From positions 2,866 to 66,865 of the forward strand of contig JAZKBN010000052.1 of NCBI GenBank assembly GCA_040388605.1: a stretch of 64,000 bases of DNA, written 5' to 3'. The translations under genes and the position numbers were made by a program. Each line of letters opens with the position of its first letter. Position 1 is the stretch's first letter. Origin of the DNA: Bacteroidota bacterium (lineage in GTDB: Bacteria; Bacteroidota; Bacteroidia; Cytophagales; Flexibacteraceae). Under the pieces are notes generated by a model that saw only the letters and a list, made by a program, of their open reading frames with translations, did not search any database and was not told the origin of the DNA. This document shows, piece after piece, positions 47,106 to 55,468 of this stretch.

Positions 47106-47972
47106 TCAGGCTCCGGCAGAATCGGCAGCTTCAGCGGCGGCAGCCTCCGCTTTCAGGTACAGCTCCCATTTCACGCACATGAGAATGAAATCGTCGGAGC
47201 TCAGGGCTTCGGCCCTTAGGTCCATTACGGGGTCGGCTTGCAGTTCAGCAGGCAAATTTAGGCTTTTAAGGGCATTACGCAAGGTTTTCCTGCGCATGTT
47301 AAAGCCTGTTTTTACCAGTAATGTCCATCTTTTTTCATCACATGGTAATTCAGTGCGGCCATTGGACTTCAGCCTGATTACACCGCTCTGCACATTTGGC
47401 GGCGGCAGGAAGTTGGAAGCATCTACCGTGAAGCCGTACTCAATGTTATAAAAAGCCTGTAACAGCACGCTGAGTATGCCGTAATCGCGCCCGCCCGGCG
47501 GCGAAGCAAGGCGTTTGGCCACCTCGTACTGCAGCATACAAACCACCTCGGGCACCCGGCGACGGTGATCAAGTATGCAGAAAAAAATCTGGCTGCTGAT
47601 GTTATACGGGAAGTTGCCTATAACGGCAAAAGGCTCCGGGAACAGGGTGTCGAGATCAGCGGTCAGGAAATCGGCAAGCAGGGTACGGCCGGCGAAAGCA
47701 GGAAAATGCTTTTTGAGGTAAGCTATAGATTCCTCGTCTATATCGAGCAGCCATGTTTCAAACTCGGTACGTTTGGCCAGGAACTTGGTGAGCATACCGG
47801 TGCCGGGGCCAATTTCGAGCACAGTCTTATAATTGCCGTGGCCGGAAAGCAGGTCGGTAATATCCTGGGCAATGGCATCGTTGGTGAGAAAGTGCTGGCC
47901 CAGGTGCTTTTTGGGCCTTACGGGAGAATGGTCGGTGCGTTCCTGGTAGGGTATGGGTTTGCGGATTTTCAT
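47106..47972 (-). CDS. rsmA: 16S rRNA (adenine1518/1519-N6)-dimethyltransferase
   Basis: KKHLGQHFL, LEIGPGTGMLT (SAM binding), and GNFPYNISS. I prefer the ATG at 47972. The C-terminus has an Ala/Glu-rich tail. Confidence 0.9.
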   Translation of the reverse strand: MKIRKPIPYQERTDHSPVRPKKHLGQHFLTNDAIAQDITDLLSGHGNYKTVLEIGPGTGMLTKFLAKRTEFETWLLDIDEESIAYLKKHFPAFAGRTLLADFLTADLDTLFPEPFAVIGNFPYNISSQIFFCILDHRRRVPEVVCMLQYEVAKRLASPPGGRDYGILSVLLQAFYNIEYGFTVDASNFLPPPNVQSGVIRLKSNGRTELPCDEKRWTLLVKTGFNMRRKTLRNALKSLNLPAELQADPVMDLRAEALSSDDFILMCVKWELYLKAEAAAAEAADSAGA

Positions 47973-48077
47973 TAAGGGGGGTATGCGGCAGCGGATGAAC
48001 CAATCGGTAAATAATAACATCGCAATACCCAAAGGTACCCTGTTTAAAGCAAACTTTCCCTGAAACGGTTCAATAGA

Positions 48078-48452
48078 TTAAGCTGAGACGGGGCTACCTT
48101 TTTTAAATCGCGGAGCACCCAGCCTGCCCTTAGAAACTAAATCATCAATATGCTCAACAATGGCTTTATTAACATCACTTAAGCTCTTAAACCACATAAG
48201 GCTTTCTTGCGGAACTTTAAGAATATCATTTTGCGAATAAAAAACTAAGGTGTCTTTAAACGAAGGCAGGTAATAGGCCTGCACCAAAACTTGGGAAGCA
48301 TCGTTAAATTTGCTGATTATTAAATCACAAAACATATAATCATCCGCCTGGCCGGTAATTTTTTCGAACAGGTCATAAACTTCTTTATCAGTAACTCCGT
48401 AAGTTTTTACTTCAAGTTTGTATTTCCTAAGTGTTTTTGTAAGGGTGTCCAT
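48078..48452 (-). CDS. Hypothetical 124-aa cytoplasmic protein, partner of the EEP gene
   Basis: ATG ORF 15 nt downstream of the EEP gene on the same strand. AT-rich. No signal peptide or TM helix, and no recognisable domain. Confidence 0.6.
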   Translation of the reverse strand: MDTLTKTLRKYKLEVKTYGVTDKEVYDLFEKITGQADDYMFCDLIISKFNDASQVLVQAYYLPSFKDTLVFYSQNDILKVPQESLMWFKSLSDVNKAIVEHIDDLVSKGRLGAPRFKKGSPVSA

Positions 48453-48467
48453 TTAAGTACAATACGG

Positions 48468-49295
48468 TTAAATGTTAATTTCAAATACCAGCGGAAAATG
48501 AGCCTTCCTGTCGGGCCTGGCCTTTGTATGTACTTTACATACAGTCAGGGAGTCAAAGTTAAATTTAGGTATAATTTCTTCTGAAATCAATACCTGATCA
48601 ATGAAGGCCCAGCTGAATTCACCTATTTTGGGATTAGGGTATGAAAAAGTACCGTTTTTCATGCCCTCTTTCAATATTCCATCGCTAAACAAAGTCCATG
48701 TTGGATTATATAACTTCATATTTTCTGGCTCCCTGCGCAACTTACGATTTGGTACTATACGTTTTACAGGACCTTTTCTATTAAAAACATATGTCGCATT
48801 AAAGGAATAGGGATGTGTGAGAGCCTGTTCCCAGGGGTGTATATTGAAATCACCTGCTATTACCACAGGAAGGGCTTCCGATTTTTCTTTGCCTGCACCT
48901 CGGAAATGGTTATTAATTGAGCGTGCAGCCTGCTGAGCCATCACAAATCTGTTTAAATCATCGTAGTTAAGCCTGTCAACCAAATGAACTCCATAAAATA
49001 CAGCATCAATATCTTTTACTTTTAAATAAGCTGTCCTTTTGCTTAAGCTGTCGGGTACCTGCCCTACAGTACATTTTTCAGGCAGAATGCTCATGGAATG
49101 TATACAAAAGCAGACTTTTTTACCCGGCTTGTATATTTTATAAATATCCGGTAAAACGCTTAGTTTTATCTCACCGCCTTTGTCTTCAGAACTTTCATAC
49201 TCTGTGAAAATAATAATATCAGGCCGCTCGTGCTCAATTGTCTTTTGAATTTCTTCGGGCTCCCATTCAGCAATATTCCATGCAAGTATCTTCAT
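48468..49295 (-). CDS. Endonuclease/exonuclease/phosphatase (EEP) superfamily protein
   Basis: EEP motif series in the canonical order: MKILAWNI, IIIFTEYE, FYGVHL, VVIAGDFNIHPW, FIDQVLIS, and KAHFPLVFEI. No signal peptide. My hand count of ~100 nt gave about 39% G+C. Confidence 0.8.
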   Translation of the reverse strand: MKILAWNIAEWEPEEIQKTIEHERPDIIIFTEYESSEDKGGEIKLSVLPDIYKIYKPGKKVCFCIHSMSILPEKCTVGQVPDSLSKRTAYLKVKDIDAVFYGVHLVDRLNYDDLNRFVMAQQAARSINNHFRGAGKEKSEALPVVIAGDFNIHPWEQALTHPYSFNATYVFNRKGPVKRIVPNRKLRREPENMKLYNPTWTLFSDGILKEGMKNGTFSYPNPKIGEFSWAFIDQVLISEEIIPKFNFDSLTVCKVHTKARPDRKAHFPLVFEINI

Positions 49296-49516
49296 TGTAC
49301 ACAGGTAACCATGCAGAGGTTAATTTTATTTCGGAATAATACATATAATCTGCATATTATACAAAATCAGGCAAGGGCTATTCTGCCCGAACATCACCGA
49401 TAAAAACCATGAAGCATGGCCTTTAACCTTCTGCCAAAAATCATGAGATTACATAATTCAAACATTTACTACCTTAGCCCCTCACAAAAGCCACGGCTAA
49501 AACCGCTTTTTTATAC

Positions 49517-50251
49517 ATGGAAAACACAACCGGCAATCAGGCCGCTGTAGAAATAAAGGATATCCGGAAGAGCCTGGGGCGAATGCCTGTGCTGCACGGT
49601 GTATCATTAACGCTGCAAAAAGGACAGGTTTGGGGCCTTGTAGGTCCTAACGGATGCGGTAAAACCACCCTGTTCCGTACACTTTTGGGCTATTTACAGC
49701 CCGACAGCGGTACCACAACCGTACTTGGCCGCAGCAACCCTGATGATTATCGCAGGCATATCGGCATAGCACTGGATGATAACGGCTTCGACCCGCATCT
49801 TTCAGGGCGGGCTAACCTGGCAGCAGTTGCCACCATAGCCGGTGTTCCCGATCTCGAAGTAAGGGACTGGATAGATGCTTTCGATATGGGCCCTGCTATA
49901 AGACGTCAGCCTGCCACTTACAGTTATGGTATGCGCAAGCGCCTGGGCCTTATAGCCGCCTTTATGAGCAAGCGCCCCGTGCTCCTGCTCGATGAGCCGG
50001 CCAACGGGCTTGATGTGGCAGCACAAGCCATGCTCCGCCGGTATATTATAGACGAGGCATCGGCCGGAACCACCGTTTTTATGAGCAACCACAGCATGCA
50101 TGATGTTGAGCAAACCTGCACACACATTGCCATGATGCACAAGGGCGTAATACTTGCCCGGGGCACCCTTGAAGAAGTGGTGGAAGGATATACCAATTTG
50201 GAAGACAGTTTTATAAAACGCACACAGGGAGCCCGCAATGCCATACGCTGA
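49517..50251 (+). CDS. ABC transporter ATP-binding protein
   Basis: Walker A GPNGCGKTT, a degenerate signature YSYGMRKRL, Walker B LLLDEP, and an H-loop SNHSM. Confidence 0.9.
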   Translation: MENTTGNQAAVEIKDIRKSLGRMPVLHGVSLTLQKGQVWGLVGPNGCGKTTLFRTLLGYLQPDSGTTTVLGRSNPDDYRRHIGIALDDNGFDPHLSGRANLAAVATIAGVPDLEVRDWIDAFDMGPAIRRQPATYSYGMRKRLGLIAAFMSKRPVLLLDEPANGLDVAAQAMLRRYIIDEASAGTTVFMSNHSMHDVEQTCTHIAMMHKGVILARGTLEEVVEGYTNLEDSFIKRTQGARNAIR

Positions 50252-51029
50252 TACATTAAAACAATTCATTAACCTGCTTGCCCTGCAATTCCGCAATTGG
50301 CGCTTTGTGATTTGGCTGGCGCTTACGGTGCTTATTTTATCGCTTTGCCTGGGGCCGGTATTTATTACCCGTGTGGCCGTTATGAGCATGAACCCCAATG
50401 AAATGAGCTTCCCGATGGTAACCAACCCCATTGAGCAAAGGGTGAATTCCTTAAAAGAATGGATACCTGTTTCATCTATGCTCATGTTTGCGCTGGTAAG
50501 GCTGCTGCTTACAGGGTATCAAAAAAATGTGTTCCGCACCTACCTTTCATCGGGCTGGAGCCGGGGGCATTTGGCATGGTTCGGCATTTTCCTCATAACT
50601 GCATTTTCACTTACAGGGGCTTTAATGTTTATACCTGCCATTGGCTTAAACGCTTTACGCAATGCCGCCGACGGCGAAATGCTGCCTGTAAGCACTCTTT
50701 TGGGCATACTAAGCTTCCATTTCTTCGATATGCTCTTTTATTTCCTCATGGTGGCCGCTGTAGTCGGCATGCTCAGGAATGCTTTTGCTTACCTTGTTCT
50801 ACTGCTTTGGGTTCCTTTTGAATTCATACTGCCCCAGCTGCTGGCCTATATTTTCAAAAGCGATAAATTTGTAAATGCTGTTCACTATATGCCCCGCAAC
50901 AGCACCAACTGGGTAATCAGCAATATTACCCGCTTAGAAACAGAACCGTTTAGGGCTGTTGCATTCCTCGGCTGGACAGCCGTTTTCATTTTCCTGCACC
51001 TCGTGGTCATGAAAAAGAAAGATATGTAA
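50238..51029 (+). CDS. Polytopic membrane protein, probable ABC-2-type permease partner
   Basis: Overlaps the ATPase gene by 14 nt. About 6 predicted TM helices. No conserved motif recognised. Confidence 0.7.
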   Translation: MPYADTLKQFINLLALQFRNWRFVIWLALTVLILSLCLGPVFITRVAVMSMNPNEMSFPMVTNPIEQRVNSLKEWIPVSSMLMFALVRLLLTGYQKNVFRTYLSSGWSRGHLAWFGIFLITAFSLTGALMFIPAIGLNALRNAADGEMLPVSTLLGILSFHFFDMLFYFLMVAAVVGMLRNAFAYLVLLLWVPFEFILPQLLAYIFKSDKFVNAVHYMPRNSTNWVISNITRLETEPFRAVAFLGWTAVFIFLHLVVMKKKDM

Positions 51030-51154
51030 GGCAGCACCCCGCTCGACTATGCCGGCATTATTCATGCAGAAAAACGGATAATCGGCCTGCTGTTGAAAAG
51101 CACAACTATACCGAAGCAGGCAACAAACACCAAAACCTTTTCATTTCAAAACAG

Positions 51155-52045
51155 ATGACAGTTACAGTAATTGGCGCTACCGGCAATATAGGCAGCAAGC
51201 TCACCCAAATTCTGCTCACCCTGGGCCATACCGTAAGGGCCATTGCCCGCCATGCCGAAAAGCTGCAAGGCATTAATGACCCGAACCTTGAACCAACCAT
51301 AGGCGACATTGCAGATACCGCATTCCTTACCCGGGCATTCACCGGCGCCGATGCCGTTTATACCTTTATTCCGCCAAACCCGATGGCGCCCGATTTAAGC
51401 GCTTATTCCGATTCTGTAAGTAACAGCATTCTATCGGCTGTTAAGGCATCGGGCGTAAAAAAGGTAATAAACCTGAGCAGCCTGGGTGCGCAGTCAACAG
51501 AGAAGATGGGTGTAATTACCGGCCTTTCCCGTAACGAAGCCGCATTGAACACCCTGCCTGAAAACGTTACCGTGGTGCATTTGCGTCCGGGCTTTTTTAT
51601 GGAAAACAGCTTCAGCAGCGCGGCCATGGTGAAACACATGGGCTTTACAGGCAGCACCGTTGACCCCAACGTAAAAATAAGCATGATTGCCACTGCCGAT
51701 ATTGCCGCCTACGCTGCAAAACTCATAGGCGACGAAAAGGTAAAAGGCCATGTTGTAGCCCCGCTCCTCGGCGCTTACGATCTTACCCTTACAGAATTCT
51801 GGGAAAAGCTGGGCCATGCCGTTGGTAACCCGAATATAAAATATACCCAAATATCAACGGAGCAGCAGGTTGAAGGCCTTACCAAATACGGCTTAAGCCG
51901 TGATTTTGCCGAAAACATGGCCGAAATGGGGCATGCGGTAAACGAGGGTAAAATGGCTGTTCATCCGCGTACGCCTGAGAATACTACGCCTACAACTGTT
52001 GAAGAGTTCTCAAAGCAGTTTAAGGCTGTTTATGATGCGGCTTAG
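51155..52045 (+). CDS. NmrA-family NAD(P)-binding protein
   Basis: N-terminal Rossmann motif MTVTVIGATGNIGSKL. Length and layout are typical of NmrA/HSCARG-like proteins. Confidence 0.85.
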   Translation: MTVTVIGATGNIGSKLTQILLTLGHTVRAIARHAEKLQGINDPNLEPTIGDIADTAFLTRAFTGADAVYTFIPPNPMAPDLSAYSDSVSNSILSAVKASGVKKVINLSSLGAQSTEKMGVITGLSRNEAALNTLPENVTVVHLRPGFFMENSFSSAAMVKHMGFTGSTVDPNVKISMIATADIAAYAAKLIGDEKVKGHVVAPLLGAYDLTLTEFWEKLGHAVGNPNIKYTQISTEQQVEGLTKYGLSRDFAENMAEMGHAVNEGKMAVHPRTPENTTPTTVEEFSKQFKAVYDAA

Positions 52046-52422
52046 TTAAGCTTGACCTTTCCTTTTTTGCAGCCTGTTTTGTACCGGTTTGGTTAAAGGA
52101 CGGGCTTATAAAAAAAACAAAAGCGAGGAACTTAACCGGTGAAGGCTGCAGGAATTTTAATTCCTGAAAGCGGATTTACGGGTCGGGGTCCTCGCTTGTT
52201 TCTTATATACGGTTAATACCCTGTGCCGGTTTGATTGTAAGCCGACCCATGATAATAATGCATACAGCTACATACATGCAATTAGCATGCTGCTTATTCA
52301 GATTCCCGTAAACCATTAATTAACAGGGAAGTTCTTTACTTAAGATTTCAAGCCTGGCTTTCATATTTGGCAATAGGGGCTTGAATTTCACTTCAACGCA
52401 ATAGGGAAGTCCATGCCGGTTA

Positions 52423-55074
52423 TCAGCTCCCCAGCTTTTCCAATGCTTTGGCAATGTCGTTTCCTTCACCGAGAACGGCCTTAAACAAATCACCTTTTTT
52501 CTTAAGGCGCGCGGGTATGTTTTTAATGGTGAAATCTGTGGGGAGCAGATCGGGCTTAAGCTCTTTCCAATCGAGGGGCGTACTTACGCAGGCTCCCGGC
52601 ACCGGCCTTACACTGTATGCCGAAGCCAATGTTTGACCCGACCTGTTTTGCAGGAAATCAACATAAATTAAGCCCTTACGCTCCTTCTTGCTTCGCGTTA
52701 CCGATGTGGTATCGGGTAATTGCTCATGCACCATGTTGGCAATTAATTCGGCAAGGGCGCCGGCCTGCTCAAAATCATACCGGGCAGCCAGGGGAATAAA
52801 AATATGTATGCCCGTGGCCCCGCTGGTTTTGGGATAGCACTTAATACCGGCTTTATCAAGCACTTCTTTTACAACCAGGGCGGTTTCAACCACCTGCGCA
52901 AAGGTATTGCCATCGTCGGGGTCAAGGTCTATAACTATGTAATCGGGGTTATCTGTATGGCCGAGGCTGCTGTTCCAGGGGTGCAGCTCTATGCAGCCGA
53001 GATTTACCATATAGAGCAGGCTTGCGGCATCGGGGCAAAGCAGGTAGCGCACATCCCGCTCAGCAGAATCGCTGTGGATTTTTACGGTTTGCAGCCATTC
53101 GGGCAACTTGCCCTCCATATTCTTTTGGAAAAAGCTTGAGCCCTTTATTCCGTTCGGGTGTCGGTGCAGGCTCATGGGCCTGTTTTTAAGGTAAGGCAGA
53201 ATATAGGGTGCCACGCTTAAATAGTACTCCGCCAAATCAAGCTTGGTATAACCTTCTTCAGGCCAGAAAACCTTATCGGGATGGGTAATCAGGCTTATGG
53301 GATTTTCAGGAGCATCTACAACTCCGCCGATAATGTCATCGGTCTCATGGGTTTCATGCCTGGCCTTTGTTTGGTGTATGCTCATGGTTTTTGCAGGTTC
53401 AGGGCTTTCGCCCGCTTCAGTATTATCGCTTTTCTGATGTGCGGCCTTGGTATCGGTAAGCTCGCGTTTAACGGCTTTTGCGGGTTTGTCTTCACGTAAG
53501 CCGTGGAAAATGGGCTGTCGCATAATGCCATCCTTGGTCCATTCAGCGAAAGACACCTCGCAGACAAGCTCGGGCTTTACCCATGTTACAGGGGCATTCA
53601 CATTTGGCTCCTTGGCTAAGGGACAGGTTTTGCGTTCAAGGGGCTGCAATTTATCATGCACCATCTCTAAGCTTTTGGTATTAAAGCCGCCTCCGCAATG
53701 ACCTATATAATTCAGGGTATCGCCATCATATAAGCCCAATATAAGGGCACCCAGGTGCTTGCGGCTATTGCGCGGTTCGGTATAGCCGGCAATAACGGCT
53801 TCCTGCCGAAGCTCTGTTTTCAGCTTTATCCAGTTGCGGCTGCGGGCCCCGCTTTCGTATGGGCTCAGGGCAAGCTTAGCCATTATACCTTCAAGCCCTG
53901 CTGCCCGTGCCGTATCGAAGAAATCTATGCCATGGCCTGTAACATGATCGGAGTAGCGTATATGATTTGATTTGTTCTTTTGGAGCAAGGCCTCTAACCT
54001 GCTCTTGCGTTCGGTAAGGGGCAGGCTGCGCAGGTCTTCGCCATTGAGCAGCAGCAAATCAAAAGCCGCGAAACACAAAGTGCCCTCATGGCTTGTGCTT
54101 TGGTTTTGCAGGTATTGGAATCGGCTTCGGCCTTCATGGTCGAGCGCCACCACCTCTCCATCGAGAACGGCGCTGATTTTTAAATCGGCGAGGGCTTTAA
54201 TTACCGATGGATATTTGCCGTTAAACAGCAACCCGTTGCGGGAAACCAAGTCGGCCGATTCGCCGTCGAGCAGGGCAATGGCGCGGTAGCCGTCCCATTT
54301 AATTTCGAAAATGAAATTATCGTCATCAAAGGGCTCATCGCCCAAAACGGCCAGCATAGGTTGCAGCATTTCAGGCAATGCCGATTTTGCAGCCTTTTCA
54401 GCAGGCTCAGGGTCGGCGGCTTTTTCGCTTTTTTCTTCGGCTGTCGGCTTTGCAGCTTTGCTGCGCGTTCCCCTTGCAGCCGCTTTGCCTTTTGTTGTCG
54501 CCACCTTCCCAAACGTGCTGTGCGCCGACATTTTTACCGGCTTTACCTGCTCAATATCGTACTCCTCATCCTGTGCGAATTTGTCTTTATGCTTCAACAG
54601 CAGCCAGTTTTTGTCGCCCCGGCCCTTCATTTTCACCAAGGCAAACTCGCCCTGCAAATGTGTGCCGTTGAGCACAAATTTCAGGCTTCCGTCTTGCAAT
54701 TCCTGTAACAGCAGGGCTTCCTCCTCTTTTTCCTTAACCTCGGCTAGGGGGGTATAGGTGCCTTCGTCCCAGATGTCTACTTCGCCGGCGCCGTAATTAC
54801 CTTCCGGAATGCTGCCGGCAAATTTGCGGTATTCAAAGGGATGGTCTTCAACTTCCACGGCCAGGCGCTTGTCGCCGGGGTGCATGCTCGGGCCTTTGGG
54901 TACGGCCCAGCTTTTTAGCACACCTTCCATTTCAAGCCGGAAATCATAATGCAAATGGCTGGCATCGTGGCGCTGAACTACGAAACGAAGCTTGCCCTTG
55001 CGCCTTGCTTCCTCGGGACCCGGCTCGGGCGTGTTGTTGAAATTGCGTTTCTCTTTATAAGCTTGCAGCGACAT
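52423..55074 (-). CDS. ligD: DNA ligase D (phosphoesterase - ATP-dependent ligase - polymerase/primase domains)
   Basis: N-terminal PE motif RFVVQRHDASHLHYDFRLE, a Lys/Ala/Glu-rich linker, ligase motif I FEIKWDGYRA, and a C-terminal LigD polymerase domain (…GATGIHIFIPL…). Length 883 aa. Confidence 0.95.
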   Translation of the reverse strand: MSLQAYKEKRNFNNTPEPGPEEARRKGKLRFVVQRHDASHLHYDFRLEMEGVLKSWAVPKGPSMHPGDKRLAVEVEDHPFEYRKFAGSIPEGNYGAGEVDIWDEGTYTPLAEVKEKEEEALLLQELQDGSLKFVLNGTHLQGEFALVKMKGRGDKNWLLLKHKDKFAQDEEYDIEQVKPVKMSAHSTFGKVATTKGKAAARGTRSKAAKPTAEEKSEKAADPEPAEKAAKSALPEMLQPMLAVLGDEPFDDDNFIFEIKWDGYRAIALLDGESADLVSRNGLLFNGKYPSVIKALADLKISAVLDGEVVALDHEGRSRFQYLQNQSTSHEGTLCFAAFDLLLLNGEDLRSLPLTERKSRLEALLQKNKSNHIRYSDHVTGHGIDFFDTARAAGLEGIMAKLALSPYESGARSRNWIKLKTELRQEAVIAGYTEPRNSRKHLGALILGLYDGDTLNYIGHCGGGFNTKSLEMVHDKLQPLERKTCPLAKEPNVNAPVTWVKPELVCEVSFAEWTKDGIMRQPIFHGLREDKPAKAVKRELTDTKAAHQKSDNTEAGESPEPAKTMSIHQTKARHETHETDDIIGGVVDAPENPISLITHPDKVFWPEEGYTKLDLAEYYLSVAPYILPYLKNRPMSLHRHPNGIKGSSFFQKNMEGKLPEWLQTVKIHSDSAERDVRYLLCPDAASLLYMVNLGCIELHPWNSSLGHTDNPDYIVIDLDPDDGNTFAQVVETALVVKEVLDKAGIKCYPKTSGATGIHIFIPLAARYDFEQAGALAELIANMVHEQLPDTTSVTRSKKERKGLIYVDFLQNRSGQTLASAYSVRPVPGACVSTPLDWKELKPDLLPTDFTIKNIPARLKKKGDLFKAVLGEGNDIAKALEKLGS

Positions 55075-55195
55075 AAGAAGGGAGGGGTGGGGATAATTGT
55101 GCCTCAGGAGCCGGCGGGGCTGGGGAACGATTTTTTTATTTGGTTTGGCGTTCTGCTTGGTTGGTGTTATGCTTCGTTTTGTTGGTTGGTAATCA

Positions 55196-55262
55196 GGTGG
55201 TTTGCAAAAAGGTGGTTTGCAAATAGGTGGTTTGCAAATAGGTGGTTTGCAAATAGGTGGTT
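55196..55262. repeat. Tandem 15-bp repeat, 4.5 copies
   Basis: ggtggtttgcaaaaa, then ggtggtttgcaaata three times, then ggtggtt. Each unit contains the palindrome TTTGCAAA. Degenerate GGTTGGT-type copies extend upstream to about 55141. Confidence 0.9.
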
Positions 55263-55305
55263 ATTCTCTCCCCGGAATGGGCGCTCAAACGCCGCGCAGG
55301 CTTTT

Positions 55306-55408
55306 GGCCTTTCACTTTTCGGGCGTGATCCTGCCGGGACGTCTGCTACGCAGACTCCGCCCCTTACGGGCGGCCCGACAGTTCCAAATGCCCGAAAAGT
55401 AAAAGGCC
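55306..55408. other. Multi-stem palindromic element (candidate structured RNA or extragenic palindrome) in the ku-ligD spacer
   Basis: The outer arms ggcctttcacttttcgggc / gcccgaaaagtaaaaggcc are complementary at 18 of 19 positions. The inner arms ctgccggg / cccgacag match at 7 of 8. Two hairpins lie inside: gtctgc-tac-gcagac and ccgccc-cttac-gggcgg. A run GGTGTTTTTC follows on the + strand only. Confidence 0.35.
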
Positions 55409-55468
55409 GGTGTTTTTCAACGACGTTCGCTTTCTGTACCTAATTTGGGGCAGGGGTACATTTATTAC

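Noticed and set aside
52121-52198. SRP (4.5S) RNA or a tRNA-like gene in the NmrA-ligD spacer
   Set aside because: It lacks the conserved SRP domain IV features (GNRA-capped helix with AGCAGC-type asymmetric loop). It also lacks any tRNA T-arm (GTTCGAATC-like) or cloverleaf. I kept it only as a generic structured element or terminator.
55196-55262. Possible CRISPR array
   Set aside because: The repeats are directly abutting 15-mers with no spacers. They are far shorter than CRISPR repeats, and no cas genes lie in the window.
54949-55443. 164-aa + strand ORF (and 55202..55402) with the striking peptide repeat RWFAKRWFANRWFANRWFANRW
   Set aside because: The peptide repeat is only the translation of the 15-bp DNA tandem array. 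The ORF also overlaps the ligD 5' end antisense and has no start context or coding-like composition outside the repeat.
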